A stretch of DNA of 64,000 nucleotides from Oculatellaceae cyanobacterium bins.114 (GTDB lineage Bacteria; Cyanobacteriota; Cyanobacteriia; Elainellales; Elainellaceae): NCBI GenBank assembly GCA_033764315.1, contig JANRJA010000160.1:10464-74463 (forward strand), in the 5' to 3' direction. Shown here piece by piece: positions 54,726 to 64,000 of the stretch. Under the pieces are notes generated by a model that ran no database searches, had not been told where the DNA came from, and was given only the letters and a program-made list of their open reading frames with translations. How positions within the stretch are numbered: position 1 is the first letter of the stretch; each line of letters begins with the position of its first letter. A program made the position numbers and the translations under genes.

Positions 54726-55736
54726 ATGGGTAAACAACGTGTTCTCTCTGGAATTCAGCCAACAGGCGAGTTGCATTTGGGTAACTACTTAGGAGCGATT
54801 CGCAACTGGGTTGAGATTCAGCAAGAGTATGACAGTTTCTTGTTTATGGCTGATCTCCATGCCATTACAGTTCCGCATGACCCCACTAAACTGGCAAAAG
54901 CTACCTATAATGTCGCTGCTATGTATTTGGCATGTGGCATTGATTTGAACTGCGCCACGATTTTTGTGCAGTCTCACATTCCGGCTCACACTCAATTGGC
55001 ATGGCTGTTTAATTGCATTACTCCAGTGAACTGGTTAGAAGATATGGTGCAGTTCAAAGAAAAAGCCATTAAGCAAGGGGAGAATGTTAGCGCAGGGCTG
55101 TTGACTTATCCGGTGTTGCAAGCCGCTGACATTTTGCTCTATGAACCTGACAAAGTACCTGTCGGAGAAGATCAAAAACAGCATTTAGAGTTGACCCGCG
55201 ATATTGCGGCTCGCTTGAATTATCAATATGGCACTGAAGAGGAACCTGTCTTGAAACTGCCAGAGCCGTTGATTCGGGCAGAGGGGGCACGGGTGATGAG
55301 CTTGACCGATGGCACGCGCAAGATGTCGAAGTCTGACCCATCTGATCTCAGTCGGATTAATATGCTGGATACTCCAGACCAAATTCAACACAAGATTAAG
55401 CGGTGTAAAACCGATTCAACCCTTGGGTTGACCTTTGATGACCCAAACCGTCCAGAGTGCAACAACTTATTGACGCTGTATATGATTTTGTCGAATCAGA
55501 CAAAAACAGCGGTTGCTGCTGAATGTCAGGATATGGGGTGGGGGCGGTTTAAGCCGTTATTTACAGAAACGGTTATTAGTGCGTTGAAGCCGATTCAAGA
55601 TCGATATCACGAGATTATGACTGAGCCAGGATATCTGGAGTCGGTGTTGCGCGATGGGCGGGAAAAGGCAGAGGCGATCGCCAATCAAACTTTGTCAAGA
55701 GTCCAGGCAGTATTGGGGTATTCGGTGTCGTTATAG
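54726..55736 (+). CDS. trpS: Tryptophan--tRNA ligase
   Basis: SGIQPTG..HLGNY, YPVLQAADIL, VPVGEDQKQH, KMSKS. Confidence 0.97.
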   Translation: MGKQRVLSGIQPTGELHLGNYLGAIRNWVEIQQEYDSFLFMADLHAITVPHDPTKLAKATYNVAAMYLACGIDLNCATIFVQSHIPAHTQLAWLFNCITPVNWLEDMVQFKEKAIKQGENVSAGLLTYPVLQAADILLYEPDKVPVGEDQKQHLELTRDIAARLNYQYGTEEEPVLKLPEPLIRAEGARVMSLTDGTRKMSKSDPSDLSRINMLDTPDQIQHKIKRCKTDSTLGLTFDDPNRPECNNLLTLYMILSNQTKTAVAAECQDMGWGRFKPLFTETVISALKPIQDRYHEIMTEPGYLESVLRDGREKAEAIANQTLSRVQAVLGYSVSL

Positions 55737-55862
55737 GTCTACTGACTCATAACGTCACAACGATTCTAGAGTGGGGATCAACTGGTATTCTGATTTTGAT
55801 CCCCATGTTGATCTAACTCAATCCATTTCTCCTGACTCCTTCAAATCTCCCTTGAAATTTCA

Positions 55863-56789
55863 ATGTCTAATTTGCCGGTTACGCTTTCTGATTCTCTATC
55901 TCGCTTTCAAGTTGCGGCTCGATCAGGCGAGTTTTTGGTGACAGCTGAGGTCATGCCTCCCAAGGGGAGTAATCCCGCTCATATGGTTGAAATGGCAAGG
56001 TTACTCAAAGATCGAGTCCATGCCGTCAACATCACAGATGGCAGTCGAGCCGTGCTGCGAATGTCGTCTTTGGTGTCATCTGTCTTGTTGTTGCAGCAAG
56101 GGATTGAGCCAATCTGCCAGGTTGCTTGTCGCGATCGCAACTGTATTGCTCTGCAAGCAGATTTGATGGGAGCACAGGCATTGGGCATCCGCAATGTGTT
56201 GGCACTGACAGGTGACCCAGTCAAAGCAGGGGATCATCCAGAGGCAAGGGCTGTGTTTGAACTAGAGTCAGTGCGATTACTCCAGTTGATTGACAAGCTC
56301 AATCACGGGTCTGACTTTAATGGCAATGCTTTGACCGATGGTGCAACTGAGATCTTTGTAGGAGCCGCGATCGATCCCCAGTGTGGCAGTTGGTCTGGGT
56401 TGCAACGGCGATTTGAGCGCAAATTGCAGGCGGGAGCACAATTTTTTCAAAGTCAGTTGATTTCTGATTTTGATCGGCTAGAAAAATTTATGGACCAAAT
56501 TGCATCTGGTTGCAACAAACCTATTCTGGCGGGCATCTTTTTGCTCAAATCGGCTAAAAATGCTCAGTTCATTAACCGCAATGTGCCAGGTGTGCAGATT
56601 CCTCAAGCCATTATTGATCGGCTAGCTCAAGCAGAAGACCCCTTACATGAAGGCATGGTGATTGCCGCAGAGCAGGTTCAATTGGCTCGCCAACTCTGTC
56701 AGGGAGTGCATATGATGGCTGTCAGGCGAGAAGATTTGATTCCCAAAATCCTTGATCTGGCGGGTATCTCGCCCTTAAACCAGCCGTAA
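55863..56789 (+). CDS. metF: Methylenetetrahydrofolate reductase
   Basis: EVMPPKG, NITDGSRA, CRDRN, LALTGDP, GAQFFQSQ. Confidence 0.88.
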   Translation: MSNLPVTLSDSLSRFQVAARSGEFLVTAEVMPPKGSNPAHMVEMARLLKDRVHAVNITDGSRAVLRMSSLVSSVLLLQQGIEPICQVACRDRNCIALQADLMGAQALGIRNVLALTGDPVKAGDHPEARAVFELESVRLLQLIDKLNHGSDFNGNALTDGATEIFVGAAIDPQCGSWSGLQRRFERKLQAGAQFFQSQLISDFDRLEKFMDQIASGCNKPILAGIFLLKSAKNAQFINRNVPGVQIPQAIIDRLAQAEDPLHEGMVIAAEQVQLARQLCQGVHMMAVRREDLIPKILDLAGISPLNQP

Positions 56790-56896
56790 ACTCTCTATTT
56801 GGCGTCAGGTTGGTGATATAGATCAGAGTTTAATTGGCCTCAAATTTGGTAAAAAGTAGAGAGTAGAAATACTCTATGGGCTAAAAAATTTAGATA

Positions 56897-57060
56897 ACGT
56901 CAGTTCGGTTGAATCAGCCCAGCGAATAAATTCGCGGCTACCAGAGCGAAGTCCGCCATCGCGGACTGGCAAAATCAAAGGTTTACTGAACTGATACAGG
57001 TCGTTTTTGCTCGCATAGCCGCGGTTTCAACCGCCAAAATCCTGATCCTGAACTTAGGCT
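56897..57060. repeat. Palindromic repeat element related to the 40.6-kb MITE
   Basis: Palindromes gcgaataaattcgc, agtccgc-catc-gcggact and gcggtttcaaccgcc (reverse complement of 40601-40615). Confidence 0.65.
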
Positions 57061-57200
57061 ATATAAGGGACTTAAGCCTGATTGCTAATCAAAACACTGC
57101 ATCTAAATCCTAATCTTTTCGTATTTGCCTGTATGGACGTTAAAGAGGGGTTTGGTTTTTGGTGTGTGCCCACTTAAATTATTGCGATCGCCATTTTTGT

Positions 57201-58184
57201 ATGCCAACCTACACCGGAATTTCGAGTGAAGCCTTTCGCCATCCGCTAGATTATCAAGCAGAGCAATCCCTTCGCAGTGTGCCAGGGTTTGATCTGCTGA
57301 CTCGCAAATTTGTGGAATTGGTCTATGAACGCCCCCGATATGTTTATTTGATGGGGAATAGTATTGAGGTGGGTCCTCGCCAATATGCTTCGCTTTATGC
57401 CATCTTTCGGGAGTGTTTACGCGATTTAGATATATACCCTGAGCCATCGCTGTTTGTCTCTCAAACCCCCGTTGCGAATGCCTATGCCTTGGGTCAAGAC
57501 CGTCCTTATGTGGTGCTCAATACAGGGTTGTTAGACCTGGCAGGTGAGGCAGAGTTGCGATCGGTTTTATCTCATGAGTTGGGGCATATCAAGTGTGGTC
57601 ACACTACGCTGGTTCAAATGGCCATGTGGGTGCTTAATTTAGCGTTTTCACTGACGAGTGCCACATTTGGTATCAGTAGCCTGGTCAGTACAGGGATGTT
57701 AATGGCGTTTTATGAATGGCTTCGCAAAGCAGAACTGTCTGCCGATCGCGCGGCTTTGCTGGTGATGGATGATTTGAACCCAGTACTGCGAGGTATGATG
57801 CAACTAGCAGGGGGTAGCAATCGCTACGCCCATGAGTTGAGTTTAGAGGAGTTTATTCAGCAATCAGAGCGATATCAATCTCTAGACCAAGACAGTCTCA
57901 ATCAAGTCTATAAATTTTTGCTATACAACAATCTAGCTGAGGGGGTGTTTCTAACACATCCCTTTACGGTTGAGCGAGTTCACTATCTTCGGGAGTGGTC
58001 ACTCTCGAATGAATATCGTCAGATTCGGACGGGTAACTACACTCGGACTACTTCAGGAGCCGTCAATGTAGACACCGTCCCGACTGACACGGCTGAGGCG
58101 GAAGAAGTCACTCGCTTAAAGCGTGAATTGGAAGAACTCCAGGCAGAAATTGATCGAGTTCGGCGATCGCAGAATAAGGAATAA
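57201..58184 (+). CDS. M48 family metallopeptidase
   Basis: FRHPLD, NAYA, HELGH zinc motif, AELSADRA, THP. Confidence 0.88.
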   Translation: MPTYTGISSEAFRHPLDYQAEQSLRSVPGFDLLTRKFVELVYERPRYVYLMGNSIEVGPRQYASLYAIFRECLRDLDIYPEPSLFVSQTPVANAYALGQDRPYVVLNTGLLDLAGEAELRSVLSHELGHIKCGHTTLVQMAMWVLNLAFSLTSATFGISSLVSTGMLMAFYEWLRKAELSADRAALLVMDDLNPVLRGMMQLAGGSNRYAHELSLEEFIQQSERYQSLDQDSLNQVYKFLLYNNLAEGVFLTHPFTVERVHYLREWSLSNEYRQIRTGNYTRTTSGAVNVDTVPTDTAEAEEVTRLKRELEELQAEIDRVRRSQNKE

Positions 58185-58271
58185 AACCTACAAACATGTT
58201 GGGTTTGTTTTATTATCTGGTTTCATCCTCTACTGTCTTTGGCTCGTATATCTGACTTTTGACAGCGAACC

Positions 58272-58353
58272 ATTAGCTATTAGTCACCGTCTGTTAACCA
58301 TTAACTGCTGACTACTAACCCATGACCTGTGGCCAATAACTAATGACTCCTAA
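58272..58353 (+). repeat. Degenerate heptamer STRR-like tract
   Basis: attagct attagtc ... gttaacc attaact gctgact actaacc catgacc ... aataact aatgact. Confidence 0.5.
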
Positions 58354-58489
58354 CGATCTGACCTATAGTAACTGTCAAGACATTTGATACAAAGAGGATA
58401 TGGGGGCAAAGCCCCTGCACCCCCCACCCTAACCAACTCTTCAGTCCCTATAACTTCGTACTCACTCCCTCTACTGAACGACTCCATCA

Positions 58490-59248
58490 ATGCAGGACTC
58501 ATCACCATCGACATCGGTTAGACCCAAACCCTGGGGGCTTTGGGCAACGTTAGGGTTTTCACTGGTAGTTTTCAGCGTATTCTTTTTGACTCAAACATTG
58601 GTTTTTTTGGCAATTTTGGGCTTCAAAATTGCTCAAGAGCCTGCTCTTAGCCCTGAGATGGTTGTAGGCAGCCTGCAAACTAATGGGTTTGTGTTAGCGA
58701 TCGCCACCCTCATTTCTGCCCCCATTTGTATTGCGGTCATCATTGGCATCATCAAGTTACGCAGGCGTCTTACCATTCATGCCTATTTGGGGCTAAAACA
58801 ACCCACCAAACGACAACTCGCCGAATGGTGCTTAATCGTTGTTTTGTGCATTGTGGCACTCGATCTCCTCAAGTCTTTTGTAGATGTCCCTGTGATTCCT
58901 CCGTTTGTCATCGAGGCTTACGAAACGGCTTACTTTTTGCCGTTATTTTATCTGGCGATTATTGTGATTGCCCCTCTCTTTGAAGAGATTTTCTTTAGAG
59001 GGTTTCTCTTTCATGGGTTGCGATATTCACCCATCAAAGCCTCTGGGGCGATCGTCTTGTCAGCCTTTTTATGGGCAGTGATTCATGTGCAATATGAATG
59101 GCTCGACATCAGCATCATTTTTATTTTGGGATTGCTCTTAGGTTATGCCCGCTATCGCACTAACTCTCTTTATGTGCCGATCGCGATGCACGCTCTAAAC
59201 AATCTTCTGTCGTTGTTACAGGTCGCCTGGATCGTTCACTTAAACTAA
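58490..59248 (+). CDS. CPBP (Abi/CAAX) intramembrane metalloprotease
   Basis: APLFEEIFFRG, LWAVIH, IAMHALNN. Confidence 0.88.
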   Translation: MQDSSPSTSVRPKPWGLWATLGFSLVVFSVFFLTQTLVFLAILGFKIAQEPALSPEMVVGSLQTNGFVLAIATLISAPICIAVIIGIIKLRRRLTIHAYLGLKQPTKRQLAEWCLIVVLCIVALDLLKSFVDVPVIPPFVIEAYETAYFLPLFYLAIIVIAPLFEEIFFRGFLFHGLRYSPIKASGAIVLSAFLWAVIHVQYEWLDISIIFILGLLLGYARYRTNSLYVPIAMHALNNLLSLLQVAWIVHLN

Positions 59249-59293
59249 AACATTGATTAGAAGATTAGAACATTGGCATATTCAAGCTTAGGC

Positions 59294-60385
59294 TTAGACG
59301 TTGAAGCGGAAGAGCATGACATCTGCTTCTGCCACAATATATTCTTTCCCTTCACTGCGAACCAATCCCTTTTCTTTGGCAGCCCCCATTGAGCCTGTTG
59401 TCACCAAGTCTTCATAGGCAACGGTCTCAGCCCGAATGAAGCCCCGCTCAAAATCAGAGTGAATCACTCCAGCCGCTTGCGGGGCAGACATCCCTGCGTG
59501 AATCGTCCAGGCGCGAGTTTCTTTAGGACCCGTGGTGAAATAGGTACGCAGTCCTAATAGGTTATAAGTAGCGCGAATCAGGGATTTTAAGCCCCCTTCT
59601 TGGACTCCTAAAGACTCCAAAAATTCGGCACGCTCTTCTTCGGGTAGCTCGATTAACTCTGACTCGACTTGGGCCGACACGATGACGACTTGAGCGTCTT
59701 CTTGAGCCGCGATCGCTCTGACTTTTTCGACCCAATCGTTCCCTGTTGCCAGATCATCTTCAGAGACATTGGCAGCATAAATGACAGGCTTGCGAGTCAG
59801 CAACCCCAACGGTTTGATCAAGATCTCTTCTTCTTCATTGAGATCTACTAATCGGGCTGACTTACCCTGGTTGAGCACCTCAGTCAATCTCTCTAGGGCA
59901 GCAACCTCAACTTGAGATTCTTTGCTAGTGCGGGCTTGTTTGCGTGCTCGTTCAATCCGTCGCTCGATTTGTGACAGGTCTGACAACGCCAGTTCTAAAT
60001 CGATAATTTCAATATCCCGAACGGGATCAACTGACCCAGCAACGTGGATGATGTCATCGTTCTCAAAGCAACGGACGACATGCACGATCGCATCTACTTC
60101 TCGAATATTGGCAAGAAACTGGTTGCCTAACCCTTCCCCTTTGCTTGCCCCTTTGACTAACCCGGCAATATCGACAAACTCGACCCGCGCTGGAATAGTC
60201 TCTGCGGAGCCAGAAATCTTTGCCAGCACGTTTAACCGCTCATCGGGTACGGCAACGACACCCGTGTTGGGTTCGATCGTACAAAACGGAAAATTGGCAG
60301 CTTGTGCTTTTGCATTTGCCACGACTGCATTAAACAGAGTAGATTTGCCCACATTGGGCAGTCCAACGATCCCGGCTCGTAACAT
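59294..60385 (-). CDS. ychF: Redox-regulated ATPase YchF
   Basis: GLPNVGKST, NFPFCTIEPN, DIAGLV, GEGLGNQFL, IHSDFERGFIRAE, FRFNV. Confidence 0.97.
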   Translation of the reverse strand: MLRAGIVGLPNVGKSTLFNAVVANAKAQAANFPFCTIEPNTGVVAVPDERLNVLAKISGSAETIPARVEFVDIAGLVKGASKGEGLGNQFLANIREVDAIVHVVRCFENDDIIHVAGSVDPVRDIEIIDLELALSDLSQIERRIERARKQARTSKESQVEVAALERLTEVLNQGKSARLVDLNEEEEILIKPLGLLTRKPVIYAANVSEDDLATGNDWVEKVRAIAAQEDAQVVIVSAQVESELIELPEEERAEFLESLGVQEGGLKSLIRATYNLLGLRTYFTTGPKETRAWTIHAGMSAPQAAGVIHSDFERGFIRAETVAYEDLVTTGSMGAAKEKGLVRSEGKEYIVAEADVMLFRFNV

Positions 60386-60732
60386 GTTGAGAAGAAGGAA
60401 GAGTCAATATTTCACCCTCCCAGTTTGACAGGTTTTCTGTCGAATCGGCTATGGGTCTGCCAACTTGTTCTTAAATCGGGCAGGTTTTAGACCCACAAGA
60501 CTAAAGATGTGCTGTGTGGCACACCGTTCCCGCAAGATCATTCCTTCTAGCGTGCTAGCTTCAATCGGGTGGATATATCTTGTGGAGGTTTGACCTGTGA
60601 TTGAATAGTTGTTGAATGGTGGTAATTTCATCCCACCGTTTTTGTTTTGAGCCACTTTTTGTTTCGAGCCACAGGCTGGTCAAGACTTGCTTTGGGCGAT
60701 CGCCCTTCCATACCCTGCTTTGCACTTAAATT

Positions 60733-61284
60733 ATGAGTAATCAAATTTCATCCCAAGCCAGTAAAGTTTGGAACATCGTATCTGCCCCAACCACAGGCGA
60801 CACTTATAAACAGACTGGCATTTTGACGTGGACAATTTTGCGAGAAACTGGCATTCTCTTATGGCTGATTGTTTGTCTGGTGCTGGTTGCCTTTGATTGG
60901 TTTTGGACAAACTCGATCTGGGCAGGACAGCGCACCCGCGCTTGGGTCAATGACCTCACCTCTACAAAAAGCGATCGCCTCCCCTCTGAAGCAGGCAAAG
61001 CAATCTTGACCGTCGGCAAGACGGGTTTTGCCTCCGCGATCGCCCAAGCACGAGAACAGCTTGGCTTACCTGAAAAGCCAAAGCCTATTGTAGAAGAGCC
61101 AATCGTGACCTCGCCCAAGCCTCAACTTGAGGCAGTCCCCACCGCCAGCGGCCCAGCAGCACCCACTACTCCCGTTGCCTCTGTCAAACCAACTTCAACT
61201 GAGATTGAGTCATTGACGCCCAGTGTCACGGCTGAGATTACTCCAGCAGCAACTCCTGAAGAAACGCAGGACGATCTGCTTTAA
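60733..61284 (+). CDS. Hypothetical membrane protein
   Basis: 183-aa ORF with one TM and a Pro/Thr-rich tail. Confidence 0.65.
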   Translation: MSNQISSQASKVWNIVSAPTTGDTYKQTGILTWTILRETGILLWLIVCLVLVAFDWFWTNSIWAGQRTRAWVNDLTSTKSDRLPSEAGKAILTVGKTGFASAIAQAREQLGLPEKPKPIVEEPIVTSPKPQLEAVPTASGPAAPTTPVASVKPTSTEIESLTPSVTAEITPAATPEETQDDLL

Positions 61285-61355
61285 GACGATCTGCTCTTGA
61301 AGAGAGAAGATCGAAGAAACAATTAGGTTTGTTCTGATTCTTTCTTCGATCTTTC

Positions 61356-62165
61356 TCAATGTGGATAGGGTTGTGCCGGATAAGCCGTAATAGTCAGAAT
61401 TGGCTGCTGAGCAAGCCTCTCCAAATCAACTGAGTTTAATAAACGTAGCCAGTCAGTGGCGATCGCTGGATCGGTTGGGTTTTCGAGTCGCAACTGCGCC
61501 AGCGTCGCCACCGCATCGTACCAAATACCAGCACGAGCATAGAGTAAGGGGCGATCGCGTGGGCTAGTACGCTCAATTTGACGACTCAACTCGGCGTCGA
61601 ATGTTTCGCGTTGCACTCGCCCCTCAACGCCTATGTCAGTTGAGCGATCGTTTTCATCGCATATCAGTGTTAGATACCAGGTATAGGTTTTGCCAACCTC
61701 TAAGGCAGGAGCTTCAGGGGGCAGCGTAATACCAATAATTCCAGCTTGAGACGGTAGATTAAATCGCGTGTAGTAAAAAATTTCTGCCTCAGTTGAGGCT
61801 TCACTGTATACGCTAAACTCAGCCTGTTGGATGGTTGGATACTGAGGAATGTAGACCAAGAAGGTAGGATGAGAAGAGACGGTAAGTTTTGCCTGTCCTC
61901 GTCTCAGGAGATCAAGATCGTCAAGCTCCAGTGCTATCACGTCGTCATCTACGCTGCAAGGTGAACGTATCCGACTCGATTTTTCAGCAAAAGACGGTTT
62001 GAGTGCGTGGGCTCGATCCCCTGGCTGTCTACTCATCTGAGCCTGAGTTCGCTGAGAGGCTAGGAGTGGGTCAGGGTTGGCGATCGCCAACAAAGCATCA
62101 CACCTTATTAGCCCTAACATCAGGTAGCTAACCAGTGCAGTAATCAGGACAAAACCAGTTCTCAT
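61356..62165 (-). CDS. DUF928 domain-containing protein (copy 2)
   Basis: HPTFLVYIP, GIIGITLP..LEVGKTYTW..LIC, YARAGIWYDA, WLRLLNSVDL. Confidence 0.85.
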   Translation of the reverse strand: MRTGFVLITALVSYLMLGLIRCDALLAIANPDPLLASQRTQAQMSRQPGDRAHALKPSFAEKSSRIRSPCSVDDDVIALELDDLDLLRRGQAKLTVSSHPTFLVYIPQYPTIQQAEFSVYSEASTEAEIFYYTRFNLPSQAGIIGITLPPEAPALEVGKTYTWYLTLICDENDRSTDIGVEGRVQRETFDAELSRQIERTSPRDRPLLYARAGIWYDAVATLAQLRLENPTDPAIATDWLRLLNSVDLERLAQQPILTITAYPAQPYPH

Positions 62166-62171
62166 CGTTCC

Positions 62172-63032
62172 CTACAGGTCAGGGGGTGTTTGTGCGGGGT
62201 AAGCCGTGATGTTGAGAATGGGTTCTTGAGCGATCGCATTGAGATTGACTGAATTAAGCAAGCTGAGCCAATCGGCAGAGACGGCCAAATCATCTCGATT
62301 TTGTAATCTCAACTGTGCTAGCGTTGCCACCGTATCTTGCCAGATCCCAGCACGAGCATACAACAAGGGGCGATTACGAACACTGGTGCGCTCAATTTGA
62401 CGGCTCAACACCGTGTCTAATGCCTCCCGTTGAATCCAGCCCTCGACAAGCACATCGCCAGAGCGATCGACGGGGTCACACTGCAAGCGCAATGACCAGT
62501 GATAGGTTTTGCCGACCTCTAATTCTGGAGCTTCAGCGGGCAATGTAATGCCAATCACTCCTGCTTGGCGGGAGGGAGAAAACGTTGTGTAGTAGAGCGT
62601 TTGTCTATCGAATTCATCTTGAGCGTCATCAGTCAAGGTGAACTCAGCTCCTAAAGCCTGATTTTGAGGAAGATGGACGAAGAAAGTAGGGCGAGGAGAA
62701 ACGGTCGATTCGATTTCGATCAACCCTTGCGCTTCTGTCCGAGGATTGACTCTGGGCACCAGAGGTGTCATCGCAATGGGTGTGCCGTTTACAGTGCAAG
62801 CACCCCGTGAGATGCCAGGGGTTCTAGCGCGAGAGGGTCTGACATTACGAACTCGAAACCCTAACCGTCCAGCGATTTGGGTTTGTCCTTGGGTCGAAGG
62901 TGCTTGAGGTGTGGGTTGGGGAACATTAGCGATCGCTGGTAGAGCGTCATACCCTAACAGCCCTAACGTCATAGTCGTAGACAGTGCAGCAAAAGACAGT
63001 GCAGCAAAAACAAAAGGAACTCTAATTCTCAT
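62172..63032 (-). CDS. DUF928 domain-containing protein (copy 1)
   Basis: GISRGAC, PLVP, RPTFFVHLP, LEVGKTYHW, YARAGIWQDT, WLSLLNSVNL. Confidence 0.85.
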   Translation of the reverse strand: MRIRVPFVFAALSFAALSTTMTLGLLGYDALPAIANVPQPTPQAPSTQGQTQIAGRLGFRVRNVRPSRARTPGISRGACTVNGTPIAMTPLVPRVNPRTEAQGLIEIESTVSPRPTFFVHLPQNQALGAEFTLTDDAQDEFDRQTLYYTTFSPSRQAGVIGITLPAEAPELEVGKTYHWSLRLQCDPVDRSGDVLVEGWIQREALDTVLSRQIERTSVRNRPLLYARAGIWQDTVATLAQLRLQNRDDLAVSADWLSLLNSVNLNAIAQEPILNITAYPAQTPPDL

Positions 63033-63266
63033 AGTTGCAAGTTAGGGATTTGCGAATCTAGCCTGATTAATACATCCCTGTGAAAGTCGCCAATTACTGA
63101 AAAAATTGACTCTTCACACCCCGGTTATACTACGGTTTTCTAACGAAAACCGGATATCGCAGTAAAAAGCATCAATCAAAAACAAAGAAGACACAGAGAG
63201 AATTCAGTAAGTCACTCTGTGTCTCCAGTTTTATCACGGTTCTATACCAGTTTTATAAACTAGAGT

Positions 63267-63535
63267 TCAAACGGGAACACGTGCCAACGTTGGCTTATGG
63301 GTTGAGTTACCCAGAACATACATCTGAGCCATGTAATCTGCCACCCTGCGATCGGTGTTGAACAACGGAGCATTTGTCCGAATAGAGGCTTTTATTTTTT
63401 GCATCCACCCCTGTGAAATACCCTGTTCATCTGGGTCATGGTAGAGCGGAAGGATCTCCTCTTTGAGCAGTTGGTAGAGTGATTCAGAATCGATTTGCTC
63501 TTGAACTTCTTGTCGTCGGCGGGATGTGCCTTACC
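63267..63535 (-). pseudogene. glgP: C-terminal remnant of an alpha-glucan (glycogen) phosphorylase gene
   Basis: 63512->63267 translates QEVQEQIDSESLYQLLKEEILPLYHDPDEQGISQGWMQKIKASIRTNAPLFNTDRRVADYMAQMY..V*; in-frame TAA just upstream, no start codon, no N-terminal part. Confidence 0.75.
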
Positions 63536-64000
63536 CGAAAAGATAACCTGGACGGGGCGATCGCTCTATTACGACCGAGAATGATGAAAAACACTGAGGC
63601 TCGACACAATCAAGAAATAACTGAAATGCAATGGCTGAAACATTTACTGAAACATCTATAGGAGCTTTGACGTCACTGTCAGTATTCAGGATGTTTAAAG
63701 CCTGTATGAAGAGTGTGTAAAGGAAGCTTGTGATCTCAGCAACTATTGCTGTTAAGCGTCACCGCTTGACTTTAATAACACTGGTGAGTGGCGATCGCTA
63801 AATCTGTCTCAAGACAGATGGTTTGTCATTAACCGGTGGCTGAAACCCCAAAAACAGGTAGCTTTTTTGAATAACCCTGGTAGCTTAACGATTTTTCTAC
63901 CTCTAGATATTTCCTAAGGCAGAAGAATAAGGTGAGCTTAACTCGCTATCTTGCTTTTGAATGATGCAGTTTCCACCCAAAATTTTCATGAAAACACGCT

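Noticed and set aside
55770..55810. Hairpin upstream of metF as a SAM riboswitch
   Set aside because: Simple ggggatcaa/ttgatcccc stem without SAM-box core motifs; more likely a trpS 3' structure
59922..60428. 168-aa ORF antisense to ychF, and similar ORFs opposite dnaK, kaiC and ugd
   Set aside because: Antisense shadows of conserved genes with no recognisable motifs
63479..63661. 60-aa plus-strand ORF
   Set aside because: Overlaps the phosphorylase remnant in antisense and has no recognisable features

Overview
This window is mostly core chromosome of a cyanobacterium. The evidence is dense HIP1 octamers (GCGATCGC), photosynthesis genes psb28, psb32, ndhF1-ndhD1 and a ctp protease, and a complete kaiABC clock. 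The full-length 312-aa KaiA suggests a non-heterocystous lineage (inference). About 55 CDS are supported, mainly housekeeping: tocopherol cyclase, cobH, dapF, panB, aroQ, dnaK, dprA, comEA, lepB, scpA, cugP-like, pyrE, UDP-GlcA decarboxylase/ugd, nfi, trpS, metF and ychF, plus one tRNA with a CAT anticodon. I found no CRISPR array, transposase, prophage or rRNA, and I cannot point to a clearly novel multi-gene system. The best leads are: (1) a 1108-aa CBS/His-kinase/triple-receiver protein with degenerate receivers, head-to-head with kaiA; (2) non-autonomous palindromic mini-elements in the intergenic DNA, including a 150-bp MITE with a 9-bp target duplication nested inside another element; (3) an unannotated glucan-phosphorylase C-terminal remnant beside a tandem DUF928 pair; (4) two small ORFs missed by the ORF track; (5) orphan enzymes (clavaminate-synthase-like dioxygenase, MGME1-like nuclease, MsrP without MsrQ). 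All family assignments come from motif recognition by eye; no database search was run.
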